This document shows, piece by piece, positions 21,642-31,129 of a stretch of 64,000 nucleotides of DNA; position 1 is the first letter of the stretch; each line of letters opens with the position of its first letter. The stretch comes from an uncultured Armatimonadetes bacterium (GTDB taxonomy: Bacteria > Armatimonadota > Hebobacteria > Hebobacterales > Hebobacteraceae), in NCBI GenBank assembly GCA_963716175.1, contig OY970296.1:3712001-3776000 (forward strand). The letters are read 5' to 3'. The notes under the pieces are model-generated. The model was given only the letters and a program-made list of their open reading frames with translations, had not been told where the DNA came from and made no database searches. The position numbers were made by a program, and so were the translations under genes.

Positions 21642-21936
21642 GCATCACCTAACCTTCCTCACCAGGTGGGCTGCACACCGGCAGCTGGAAGGAAGCTGAC
21701 GCCGCCACGGTCACCTCGCCAACCCAGCGGCCGCTTCTGCTGCTCTGTGGTGCAGCACGCGAAAGGGGCGGCACTTGCTGACCGCCCCCTCTTCCGAAAG
21801 TTCCGAGGCCCATGCGGGAGTGGCCCCTGACCGATGCTGGCGAGAGCCTCGGGATCGCTGCGGCTGCCGGCTCTCGCCTGCTTCCTCATCCCTTCTGACG
21901 ACTTCGACAGCTAGCCCTCCGGCTCCTTCCACCCCC

Positions 21937-24612
21937 TCACACCTCTCCCGGCGCCACCGGCGTCATCTCCAGCCAGTTGGGCCCCGCCTTGGTGTCCACC
22001 TTCAGCGGCACCCGCAGCTCATAGGCGCCCGACATGCACCGCGTCACCAGGCGCGCGGTCTGGGCCAGCTCAGCTTCCGGGACCTCCAGCAGCAGCTCGT
22101 CGTGCACCTGTAGGATCATCCTCCCGGTCAGCCGCTGCCGTGGCAGTTCGCCGTGCACCCGCAGCATCGCCAGCTTGATGATGTCGGCCGCCGTTCCCTG
22201 CATCGGGGTGTTGATCGCCATCCGCTCCGCCGCCGCGCGCAGCGCAGGGGCCCGCGCCCTCAGCTCCGGCAGGGGCCGGCGGCGCCCGAACAGGGTTCGC
22301 ACATAGCCCGCCTCCCGGGCTTGCTGGGGCATACTCTCGACGTAGGCCCGCACCTTCGGGAAACGGCCGAAGTAGCGGCTCACATAACGGCTCGCCTCCT
22401 CCATCGAGATCCCCATTTCCCGCGCCAGGCGAAACTCGCTGATCCCATAGGGTATGCCGAAGTTCACCATCTTCGCGAATGCTCGCATCTGCGGGGTGAC
22501 CTGGCCGTGGCCCACCCCGAAGATCTCCATTGCCGCGGCATGATGCAGGTCCTCGTCCCGCCGGAAAATCTCGATCAGGTTCTGGTCTTCGGTGATGTGC
22601 GCCAGGATGCGAAGCTCGATCTGGGAGTAGTCCGCGGACAGCAGCAAGTGGCCCTCCCGTCCCGGGATGAAGGCCCGCCTGATCTCGCTGCCCAACTCGG
22701 TCCGGATAGGGATGTTCTGCAGGTTGGGGTCACTGCTGCTCAGCCGGCCCGTGGCCGTCACCGCCTGGTTGAGCGAGGTGTGCAGCCGCCCCGTCTCCGG
22801 GTCGATCAGCCGCGGCAGAGCGTCCACGTAGGTAGACTTGAGCTTCGTGACCTCCCGGTATTCCAGGATCCTGGTCACGATCTCGTGCTCGCTCAACCCG
22901 GCCAGCACGTCCGCATCCGTCGAGTACCCGGTCTTCGTGCGCTTGCTCTTGTCGGGCGGCAGCTTCAGCTTCTCGAACAGAATCTGCCTGAGCTGCTTGG
23001 GGGAGCCGATGGTGAACTCCTCACCCGCGAGCGCGAAAATGTCCCGCTCCAGTTCTCCCACCCGCTGCCCCAGCCGCGCCGACAGCGCCTGCAGCGCGGA
23101 CACGTCAATCGCCACCCCGGCGCGCTCCATCTCCACCAGCACCGGGATCAAGGGCATCTCCAGCTCCCGGAACAGCTTCCCCAGTTCCAGCTCCTCTAGC
23201 TCCTGCGCCAACCGCTGCCGTAGGGCCCCCACCTGTCGTACCGCCCTCGCCGCCACCCCGGGCGCGGCCCAATCGCCCAGCGCCAGTTCGGCCCTGCTCT
23301 CGCCTTGCAGATGGTCATAGACCGCGGAGTCCAGATCGTGCTTGCGCGCCGGGTTCACCAGATAGGAAGCGATCATGGTGTCGAAGGCCAGCCCCTGGAG
23401 CGAGATCCCCCGCCGGAAGAGAAGCAGGGCCAGGCGCTTCAGGTCGTGGCCGATCTTGGCCACCTGAGGCGACTCCAGCGCCGGCTTCAGGGGAGTCAGC
23501 AAGGAGCGCAGGTTCCCGGCCTCCGCCAGCACAACGGCCGGGGGCGGCCGGCCCGCTTGCCCTTCTCAGCAGAGCCCCCGGCCAGGCAGAGTCCGACCAT
23601 TTCAGCGCGGAGAGGAGGGGAGAGGGCGGCGAGAGGGTAGACGATCAGCTCCCGCGCTTCGGCCAGTTGCTTCGCCAGCTTCCCCACGTCCGGCGGCTGC
23701 TGTACCAGCAAGTGCTCATCGCTCACCTCCGCCGGCTGGGATTCCAGCCGCGACAGCAGACTGCGGAAATCCAGCCGCCGGAACAGCTCCCCCAGCCGTG
23801 CCCCATCCGGAGGCCGGACTCGCAGCGCCGCAGGATCCAGGTCGAGGGGCAGATCGCGCACGATCACCGCCAGCTCCCTCGATCTTCGCGCCAGGTCGGC
23901 GTAGGCCTCCAGCGCCTGCGCGATGCGAGCGGGCGTGACCTCGCCGCGATGGGCGATCACACTCTCCAATGACCCGTAGCGCGCCACCAGGGCCGAGGCC
24001 GTCTTATCCCCAATGCCGGGCACCCCGGGGATGTTGTCACTGGTGTCCCCGCGCAGGGCACGGAAATCCGGCAGCTGCTCTGGCGCGAAGCCGTAGCGCT
24101 CTCGCACCGCCGCCGGATCGTAGACCGTAGTCTCGGTGATGCCACGGCGGGTGACCATCACCGATACCCGATCCGAGACCAGTTGCAGCTCATCCAGGTC
24201 ACCCGTCACCACCAGCACCCGGCAGCCGGACTGCTCCCCCTCCCGCGCCAGGGTGCCGATGACGTCATCGGCCTCGTAGCCCTCTGCGGTGTAGATGGGG
24301 ATGTGCATCGCCTCCAGGATTTCGCCGCGCCATCTCGATCTGCGGGCCCAGCTCGTCCGGCATCTGCTGGCGGGTGGCCTTGTAGTCCGGATAGCGGCGG
24401 TGGCGAAAGGTGGGCGTGGGGAGGTCAAAGGCCACCGCGATCATATCGGGCTGCTCTTCATCGAGAATCTTGAAGAGCATGGCGGTGAAGCCATAGGCCG
24501 CGTTCGTCACCTCTCCCTTGGCGTTGGTGAGGGGAGGAAGCGCGAAGAAGGCCCGATAGAGCAGGCTGTGGCCGTCTATCAGTACCAGCTTTGGTGCGGT
24601 GGACTCGGTCAC
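21937..24612 (-). CDS. polA: DNA polymerase I, two apparent frameshifts (~24325 and ~23540)
   Basis: LIDGHSLLYRAFFA, GYEADDVIGT, GDTSDNIPGVPGIG, TATGRLSSSDPNLQNIP, DYSQIELR, LQVHDEL spread across three frames. Confidence 0.95.
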
Positions 24613-25796
24613 ATCTCTCCTGGCTCTGCTCTCCGCGCCAGCGCGCCCTGCGCCAGGCGAGCGGCGAACTCGTCATAGAGCAAGCCGCCACTCACCGTCA
24701 CCTGGCTGCGGCTGGAGCCACCGCTGCCCAGCAGCCAGCGCAGCAGCCCGGGAGGCGCGTATTCCTTGGTCCTCGGTATGCCGGTGATGCCCGCCAACCG
24801 CCCCGCTGCAGCCAGCGCTTCCTGCATGCCGCCCAGCTCATCTACCAGCTTGTTCTGCTTCGCCTGGGCGCCGCTGTAGATGCGGCCGTCGGCCAGCTTG
24901 CGCACTCCCGCCTCGGTCAGCCCGTGGTCCTTCCGGCCCTCGGCCACCGCCTTGATGAACTGGTCGTGGGTCTCGCGCAGCAGCTTCTCCACCAGGGCGC
25001 GCACGTCCGGGCTGATAGGCCCGAAAGGAGAGAGCATGTCCTTGAACTTGCCCGCCTTCAACACCTCCGCCTTGATCCCCAGCTTCTTGAACAGCCCGGA
25101 GATGTCCTCGTGCATCGAGATCACGCCGATGCTGCCGGTGATGGTGGCGGGATTGGCCCAGATCTCCTGCGCCGGGGCCGATATGTAGTACCCGCCAGAG
25201 GCGGCGACATCGGCCATGGACACCACCACGAGTTTGTGGTGCTGCTGCGCCATCTGGACCGCGTGATAGATCTCCTGAGAGGCGGCGGCCGAGCCGCCCG
25301 GGCTGTTGACCCGCAGCAGGATCCCCTTCACATCATCATCTTCGATCGCGCGCTCGATCTGCTGCACCACGTCATCCGATCCAGTGGAGGCGCCGCCCAG
25401 AGGAGAGAAGCCGGACTGCCCGGCGACGATCGCCCCATCCACGCGAATCAGCGCGATCCGGTTCCCGCCGACGCTGATACCGCGCATCGCGCCTGTGGCG
25501 CTGAACACCCCCGAGAGCGCGACCGCAATCACGATCACGATCACGACCAGGCACCCGGCCAGGCCGCACCCGCATCCCCATCGCCAGAAAGACCCGCGCC
25601 GCCGCGGCGGGGGTGGGGCCTGCAGCAACGGAGGGGTTGGCGGGGGCGGGGGCGCTGGGGGAGGCGGTGGTGGGGTAGGAGGCGGCGCCGCCTGTTGGAC
25701 AGGAGTCTGCTCCTGCCCCCGAGCTTCTTCTGTATGTTGGGCGGAAGCTTGCTCCTGCCCTTCCCTCTGCTCCCCCGATGGCTGTTCAGGACTCAC
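24609..25796 (-). CDS. sppA: Signal peptide peptidase SppA (S49) with Pro/Gln-rich N-terminus
   Basis: LRVNSPGGS, AASGGYYIS, TITGSIGV, KAGKFKD, DGRIYSG. Confidence 0.93.
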   Translation of the reverse strand: MSPEQPSGEQREGQEQASAQHTEEARGQEQTPVQQAAPPPTPPPPPPAPPPPPTPPLLQAPPPPRRRGSFWRWGCGCGLAGCLVVIVIVIAVALSGVFSATGAMRGISVGGNRIALIRVDGAIVAGQSGFSPLGGASTGSDDVVQQIERAIEDDDVKGILLRVNSPGGSAAASQEIYHAVQMAQQHHKLVVVSMADVAASGGYYISAPAQEIWANPATITGSIGVISMHEDISGLFKKLGIKAEVLKAGKFKDMLSPFGPISPDVRALVEKLLRETHDQFIKAVAEGRKDHGLTEAGVRKLADGRIYSGAQAKQNKLVDELGGMQEALAAAGRLAGITGIPRTKEYAPPGLLRWLLGSGGSSRSQVTVSGGLLYDEFAARLAQGALARRAEPGEM

Positions 25797-25973
25797 TTTC
25801 CTCTCCTATCGGATCCGTCATGGCCGTCTGTAGGGCGGGTATCCGCCCCAGGCGGATGCCCGCCGGCCGTCGTCTCTCCCTCTGCGTCATCTGCGCAATG
25901 GCTAAGCCGCCCGCAGGCGGCCGCCATGGCGGCAGGCGAAGCCTGCCTAGCCATCTGCGGATCGCCGTTCACC

Positions 25974-26003
25974 TTGACACTGCTAATCGCGGCAGACTAT
26001 ACT
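25974..26003 (+). promoter_or_regulatory. Sigma70-type promoter for tRNA-Leu
   Basis: TTGACA-18 bp-TATACT. Confidence 0.65.
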
Positions 26004-26049
26004 CGGCTACAATACAAGGGCAGGAGGCAAGCTCCTGCCCTACTCAGGG

Positions 26050-26132
26050 GCCGGTGTGGCGGAATGGCAGACGCGCCTGACTCAAAATCAGGTGGGGGCA
26101 ACCCCGTGGGGGTTCGACTCCCTCCACCGGCA
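26050..26132 (+). tRNA. tRNA-Leu (anticodon CAA), CCA not encoded
   Basis: GCCGGTG/CACCGGC acceptor stem, D-loop GGAATGGCAGAC, anticodon arm CCTGA-CTCAAAA-TCAGG, long variable arm, T-loop GTTCGACTC. Confidence 0.97.
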
Positions 26133-26244
26133 CGACAAGCGGTTCAGCCGCCGATAGACGCAGATCAACGCAGATGAACTACGGTAGCACCGGCTCCCAG
26201 CCGGTGACGTCCCCCCCAGACTCCGCTGCTAGCCCCGGACCCTT

Positions 26245-26280
26245 TTCGTTGCTTCGGTAGCTCTACTGCCGAAGCCCCCT
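26245..26280 (+). repeat. 36-bp direct repeat copy 1 (hairpin-containing)
   Basis: TTCGTTGCTTCGGTAGCTCTACTGCCGAAGCCCCCT; second copy at 27166-27201 with one mismatch. Confidence 0.9.
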
Positions 26281-26560
26281 GCCGGCACCCCTTGATGTCA
26301 TTCTGAGCAGGGCGAAGAATCCCGCCGTTCCGCACCCGGGCAAGAGACTCGTCGCCAGACCTGCTCCCCCGACCTAGCCATACCCCGGCCCGCCGAAGGC
26401 GGGCCTAGGGGCTCCTGCCCTACGTGCCTACCGTTGCTGACCGGGGGACGGGCTCGCTCGCCTCCGGTGAGTTCCTATCGGCGGTGCGGGGAGCGCAGGA
26501 GAGGAAGAGGATGCGGTGAAGTGAGGGTGTGCGTGAATCGGTAGCGAGGAGGCGAGGGAG

Positions 26561-27067
26561 ATGAGCGACCAAGCAGACGCGCCGGAGGTGGTGCGGGCGC
26601 AGCGGTTCGTGTTGGTGGACGCGGCAGGCGCGCAGCGCGCCGCGCTGGCGCTGGGACCCGACGGCAGCCCGATCCTGTCGCTCTTCGACGAGAAGGGCAA
26701 GGCGCGCGCCATGCTGGGCCTGCCTACCGACGGCAGCCCGTCCCTGTCGCTCTTCGACGGGAAGGGCGTGCCGCGCGCCGCGCTGGCGCTGGGAGCCGAC
26801 GACAGCCCGATGCTGTCGCTCTTCGACGGGAAGGGCGGGCTGCGCGCCTCGCTGGCGCTGGGAGCCGACGACAGCCCGATCCTGTCGCTCCACGACGGGA
26901 AGGGCGAGGCGCGCGCCTCGCTGGCGCTGCCTGCCGACGGCAGCCCGAAGCTGGTGCTCTTCGACGAGAAGGGGGAGGGGCGCGCCGTGCTGTCGGTGGT
27001 TCCCGACGGCCGCCCGGGCCTGGCGCTGTACGACGAGAAGGGCGAGGCTTTCTGGCGAGCGCCGTAG
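26561..27067 (+). CDS. Hypothetical protein with six 23-aa tandem beta-strand repeats
   Basis: RAxLxLxxDGSPxLSLFDxKGxx x6 (69-bp units 26636-27049); GAGGGAG RBS before ATG. Confidence 0.8.
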   Translation: MSDQADAPEVVRAQRFVLVDAAGAQRAALALGPDGSPILSLFDEKGKARAMLGLPTDGSPSLSLFDGKGVPRAALALGADDSPMLSLFDGKGGLRASLALGADDSPILSLHDGKGEARASLALPADGSPKLVLFDEKGEGRAVLSVVPDGRPGLALYDEKGEAFWRAP

Positions 27068-27165
27068 TTTCGGCCGGGATGGGATGGGGCGCGGGCGGTC
27101 GGCACAGAAGGGGCGGCGCGACAAAGGGGCGACGGGCGTAAGCAAGAGCAAGTGGGCGGCTGTGA

Positions 27166-27201
27166 TTCGTTGCTTCGGTAGTTCTACTGCCGAAGCCCCC
27201 T
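27166..27201 (+). repeat. 36-bp direct repeat copy 2
   Basis: TTCGTTGCTTCGGTAGTTCTACTGCCGAAGCCCCCT. Confidence 0.9.
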
Positions 27202-27347
27202 TGGGCCCCCTCCTCCGCCATGGCTCACATCGAAATCCCATCCCAGCTATCGCATGAGTGCTGCGGCGGGCATGCGAAGACATGCCCGCCCTACAGTCCT
27301 TCCATCCGTGTTCATCGGCGCCCATCTGCGGACAGGCCGTTCGCCGT

Positions 27348-28331
27348 TCACCCCTCCACAAACTGCCCCATCCCCCGCAGCTTCCGATACCGCGCTTCGA
27401 CCAGATCGTCTAGCGGGATTCCACCCAATCGCGCCAGGCTCCGCGTGATGGCTTCCTTCACCAGCCGCGCCGCCTCCAGCGGGTCCTTGTGCGCGCCGCC
27501 CAGGGGCTCGGGCACGATCTCGTCAATCACGCCGAGGGCGAGGGTCTGCTTGGCCGAGATCCGCAGGGCCTCCGCGGCCTCCGGGCCCCGGCTGGGATCG
27601 CGCCCGAACGCGTCCAGGATCACCGCGCACGATTCCGGCGGGATGACGGAATAGATGGCGTGCTCCAGCATCATCACATGGTCGCCCACCGCGATCCCGA
27701 TCGCCCCTCCGCTGCCGCCCTCTCCGATCACCATCACCACGATCGGTGTCCGCAGCAGTGACATCAGCGCCAGATTCTCGGCGATGGCGTTGGCGATGCC
27801 CCGCTCCTCCGCCTCCAGCCGCGATTCCGCGGCCGGAGTATCCACGAAGCTGATTACCGGCATCCGCAGCTTCTCCGCCAACCGCATCACCCGCGCCGCC
27901 TTGCGATAGCCCTCGGGGCGCGCGCTGCCGAAGTTGCGGAACTGCCTCTCCTTCACCTCCCGCCCCTTCTGATGGCCGATCACGGCCACCCGCAGGCCCT
28001 CCAGTGAGGCCAACCCCGCCACCATGGCAGGGTCGTCGCCGAAGCGCCGATCCCCGTGCAGCTCCACGAAGTCCTCGAACACCGCGCCCACATAGTCCAG
28101 CGTGTAGGGCCGGTCCACATGGCGAGCCAGCAGCACGTTATCCCATGCCGTCAGCATAGTGAACACCTCGCGGGTGACTTGCTCCTGCCTCCGGCGCAGC
28201 TCGTCCACCTGCTGCCTCAGCCGCGCCCGCCGCTCCTCGCTGATGCCGCGCGCGGTCAGCAGCCGCTCCAGCTTCTGAATATCCCCCTCCAGCTCGCGCA
28301 GCTGGCGATCGAAGCTGGGCCACCTACTCAT
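27348..28331 (-). CDS. accA: Acetyl-CoA carboxylase carboxyltransferase alpha
   Basis: ARHVDRPYTLDY, ELHGDRRFGDD, PEGYRKA, IGEGGSGGA. Confidence 0.97.
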   Translation of the reverse strand: MSRWPSFDRQLRELEGDIQKLERLLTARGISEERRARLRQQVDELRRRQEQVTREVFTMLTAWDNVLLARHVDRPYTLDYVGAVFEDFVELHGDRRFGDDPAMVAGLASLEGLRVAVIGHQKGREVKERQFRNFGSARPEGYRKAARVMRLAEKLRMPVISFVDTPAAESRLEAEERGIANAIAENLALMSLLRTPIVVMVIGEGGSGGAIGIAVGDHVMMLEHAIYSVIPPESCAVILDAFGRDPSRGPEAAEALRISAKQTLALGVIDEIVPEPLGGAHKDPLEAARLVKEAITRSLARLGGIPLDDLVEARYRKLRGMGQFVEG

Positions 28332-29190
28332 CCGGGGTCTCCTGACCTGGCAGGCTGGGAGCCTGCGCTACCGGGCCGGACAGCAGGCGGAGCAGGCGGA
28401 CCAGCAGTGGCCGCACCTCTCTGCGTGTCACCACCAGGTCAAGCATCCCGTGCTGGTGCTGGAACTCGGCGGTATGGCTCCCCAGGGGCAGCTTGATCCT
28501 GAAAGCCTGCTCGATCACCCGGGGGCCGGCGAATCCAATCAACGCTTCCCGCTCGGCGATGGCGACGTCTCCCAGGGAGGCGAAGCTGGCGAACACCCCG
28601 GCGGTGAGCGGATCGGTGCCCACGGTGATGAACGGAACCCGCGCCTGCCCCAGCCGGGCCACCATCGCCGCGGTCTTGGCCATCTGCATCAGGGAGACGA
28701 TCCCCTCCTGCATCCGCGCCCCACCCGAGCAGAGGAACCCCAGCAATGGGGATTGGCGCTCGACCGCTCGCTCGGTGGCGCGGGCGAACTTCTCCCCCAG
28801 CACCGCACCCATGCTACCGCCCATGAAGTTGAAGTCCATCACCAACAGCACCACCGGCAAGCCCTCGATGGTGCACTCTCCCCACACCATGGAGTCGGCC
28901 AACCCAGTGCGGCCCTCGGAGTCAGAGAGCTTCTCCCGGTAGCCGGGGAAGCGCAGGGGGTCGCTCGACCGCAGCCCCTGGTCCTGCTCCCGAAAGGAGC
29001 CGCTGTCGGCGGTGATGGCAATCCTCTCCCGTGCGCTCAGCCGGCGGTGATGCCCGCAGTGGCGGCAGACGTACAGCTCCTCCTCCAGCTCCCGCTGGTA
29101 GAGCATCTCTCCGCACTTGGGGCACTTGCTCCACAGGCCCGCCGGCACGCCCTCGACGTTCTCCCGGCTGCTAGCCTCTTGTTCGCTCAA
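28324..29190 (-). CDS. accD: Acetyl-CoA carboxylase carboxyltransferase beta
   Basis: GLWSKCPKC zinc ribbon, FMGGSMG, SGGARMQEG, IGFAGPRVIEQ. Confidence 0.97.
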   Translation of the reverse strand: MSEQEASSRENVEGVPAGLWSKCPKCGEMLYQRELEEELYVCRHCGHHRRLSARERIAITADSGSFREQDQGLRSSDPLRFPGYREKLSDSEGRTGLADSMVWGECTIEGLPVVLLVMDFNFMGGSMGAVLGEKFARATERAVERQSPLLGFLCSGGARMQEGIVSLMQMAKTAAMVARLGQARVPFITVGTDPLTAGVFASFASLGDVAIAEREALIGFAGPRVIEQAFRIKLPLGSHTAEFQHQHGMLDLVVTRREVRPLLVRLLRLLSGPVAQAPSLPGQETPDE

Positions 29191-29368
29191 GAACCGCCTC
29201 CATTCGTCCCAATCCCACTTGCAGGGCGCGGTTTCCCGATGGCCAGGCCCTCCGGGCCTAGGGACATCCCGGCCTCCGCAGGCCTAGAAACCGCGCCTGG
29301 CGGCATCGGGAGACGCCGCCCTTCAGGCGCAAAAGGTGGCCTCGCTGGTGTCGGAGAACCTCGCGCTC

Positions 29369-30436
29369 ATGGACATCGGCGAGATCAGGAAAGACATTGA
29401 CGACCTGGACAACGCCCTGCTGGACCTGCTCAACCGCCGGGCCGAGCAGGTGCTCGCCATCGGCCGGTGCAAGGAGCACAACGGCGCGCTGGTGTTCGAC
29501 CCGGCGCGGGAACGACAGATCCTGGATCGCCTCGCCGGCCGCAGCCGGGGGCCGCTTTCGTCGCAGGCCCTCGCAGAGATCTTCGGCGCCATCTTCGCGG
29601 TCCACCGCCTGCTGGAGAAACGGCTCACCGTGGTCTATTTCGGCGGGGCCGGCTCCTTCAGCCACATCGCGGCCCGGCGCAAGTTCGGCGATGCTGCCGA
29701 CCTGGGGCCGGCCGACGCCACGGCCGACCTCTTTCAGGCAGTGGAGAAGAAGGAGGCGGACCTGGGCGTGGTTCCCATCGAGAACACCACCGCCGGGGTG
29801 GTGCCTCTCACCCTGGACGCGCTGGCGGAGTCCAAGCTCAGCATCTGCGCCGAGATCTACGTGGATATCGAGCACTCTCTGCTCTCCCACTGCCGGGAGC
29901 TAGAAGATATCAAGCGCGTCTACTCTCACCCCCAACCCCTGGCGCAGTGTCGCATCTGGCTCCGCTCTCATCTGCCTCGGGTGGAGGTGGTCTCGGTGGG
30001 CAGCACTGCCCGCGCCGCCGAACTCGCCGCGGCCGAGCCCGACTCGGCTGCCATCGGCCCGGCACTGGCAGCGGAACTGCACCAGATCCCCGTGCTCCGC
30101 GCTCAGATCCATGACCAGGCCGACAACCGCACTCGTTTCTTCGTGGTGGGCCAGGCCCCGGCCCTTCCCAGCGGCCGGGATAAGACTTCCCTCCTGTTCT
30201 CGGTGCCGCATCAGGCCGGCGCCCTCCACCGCGCCCTGGGCGTGTTCAGCAGCCATCACATCAACATGACCTTCATCCAGTCTCATCCCACCAAGCGGAC
30301 GCCATGGGAGTACATGTTCTTTGTGGATGTGCAGGGCCACGCCGATCAGCCGCCCCTCGCCCAGGCGCTGGCCGAGCTGCGGGAGCAGACCTCGCTGCTG
30401 CGCGTGCTCGGCTCCTATCCCGAGGAGTTCCCTTAG
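29369..30436 (+). CDS. pheA: Bifunctional chorismate mutase / prephenate dehydratase
   Basis: IRKDIDDLD..LLNRRA (AroQ), VVPIENTTAG, SHPQPLAQC, NRTRF, ACT domain, VLGSYP. Confidence 0.95.
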   Translation: MDIGEIRKDIDDLDNALLDLLNRRAEQVLAIGRCKEHNGALVFDPARERQILDRLAGRSRGPLSSQALAEIFGAIFAVHRLLEKRLTVVYFGGAGSFSHIAARRKFGDAADLGPADATADLFQAVEKKEADLGVVPIENTTAGVVPLTLDALAESKLSICAEIYVDIEHSLLSHCRELEDIKRVYSHPQPLAQCRIWLRSHLPRVEVVSVGSTARAAELAAAEPDSAAIGPALAAELHQIPVLRAQIHDQADNRTRFFVVGQAPALPSGRDKTSLLFSVPHQAGALHRALGVFSSHHINMTFIQSHPTKRTPWEYMFFVDVQGHADQPPLAQALAELREQTSLLRVLGSYPEEFP

Positions 30437-30472
30437 TAGGAACCTTGTAGGACGCGGTTTCCGGACCGCGCC

Positions 30473-31129
30473 TCACGATCCCGCGGGACGACGCGAGCCT
30501 TTCCCTCGCCGGCCGGAGCCCGACTTGTCCGCCGTAGCTCCAGCGGAGGCGGACTTGTCCCCAGTGGCTCTAGCGGAGGCGGACTTGTCCCCAGTGGCTC
30601 TAGCGGAGGCGGACTTGTCCCCAGTGGCTCTAGCGGAGGCGGACTTGTCCCCAGTAGCTTCAGCGGAGGGGGATTCCGGCTCGCTCTCCGCTTCTCCTGC
30701 CGGCCAGGCGAAGGCGCGAGGCAGCAGCTCGCTCAGCTCGAACTCCCGGCGGAGATCGCCCCGGCCCACGGAGAGAATGGGGAGTTGAGCGCAGAACTCG
30801 GCCAGCGCCTGGCGGCAGGCCCCGCACGGAGAAAGGGGCCCGGCATCCGGGGTGTAGATGACCAGGCCGTCGAGTTCCGCGTTCCCCTCCGCCACCGCCC
30901 GGAATAGCGCCGCCCGCTCCGCGCAGATGGTCAGGCCGAACGAGGAGTTCTCGACATTGCACCCGGCGAAGATCCGCCCTCGCCGCCCCCGCAGCGCTGC
31001 TCCCACCCTGAGATGCGAGTAGGGCGCGTAGGCCTGCTGGCTCACCTCCCGCGCCGCCGCCAACAGTTCCTCCCACTCCCCGGGCGCGAGCCCGCGGGAG
31101 CTACCGGTCGGCCGCCTCTGGCTTCTCAT
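30473..31129 (-). CDS. cdd: Cytidine deaminase with repeat-derived C-terminal extension
   Basis: AYAPYS, GCNVEN, ICAERAAL, SPCGACRQ, LSELLPRAF. Confidence 0.93.
   Translation of the reverse strand: MRSQRRPTGSSRGLAPGEWEELLAAAREVSQQAYAPYSHLRVGAALRGRRGRIFAGCNVENSSFGLTICAERAALFRAVAEGNAELDGLVIYTPDAGPLSPCGACRQALAEFCAQLPILSVGRGDLRREFELSELLPRAFAWPAGEAESEPESPSAEATGDKSASARATGDKSASARATGDKSASARATGDKSASAGATADKSGSGRRGKGSRRPAGS
30522..30671. repeat. Five tandem copies of a 30-bp palindromic unit within cdd 3' end
   Basis: GACTTGTCC(G/C)C(C/A)GT(A/G)GCT(C/T)(C/T)AGCGGAGG(C/G)G x5; three central copies identical. Confidence 0.95.

Noticed and set aside
21937-24612. Genuine pseudogenisation or programmed frameshifting of polA, panC, phoH, comEC
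   Set aside because: Each break is a lone single-base indel with intact catalytic motifs and no slippery heptamer; best explained by sequencing error
26636-27049. 69-bp periodic repeats as CRISPR repeat-spacer units
   Set aside because: Entire unit is homologous and in frame, encoding a 23-aa protein repeat
26050-27345. Classical tRNA-anchored genomic island
   Set aside because: No duplication of the tRNA 3' end and no integrase found
30522-30671. Possible CRISPR array (30-bp palindromic repeats)
   Set aside because: Units are directly adjacent with no unique spacers and no cas genes are present; treated as a VNTR
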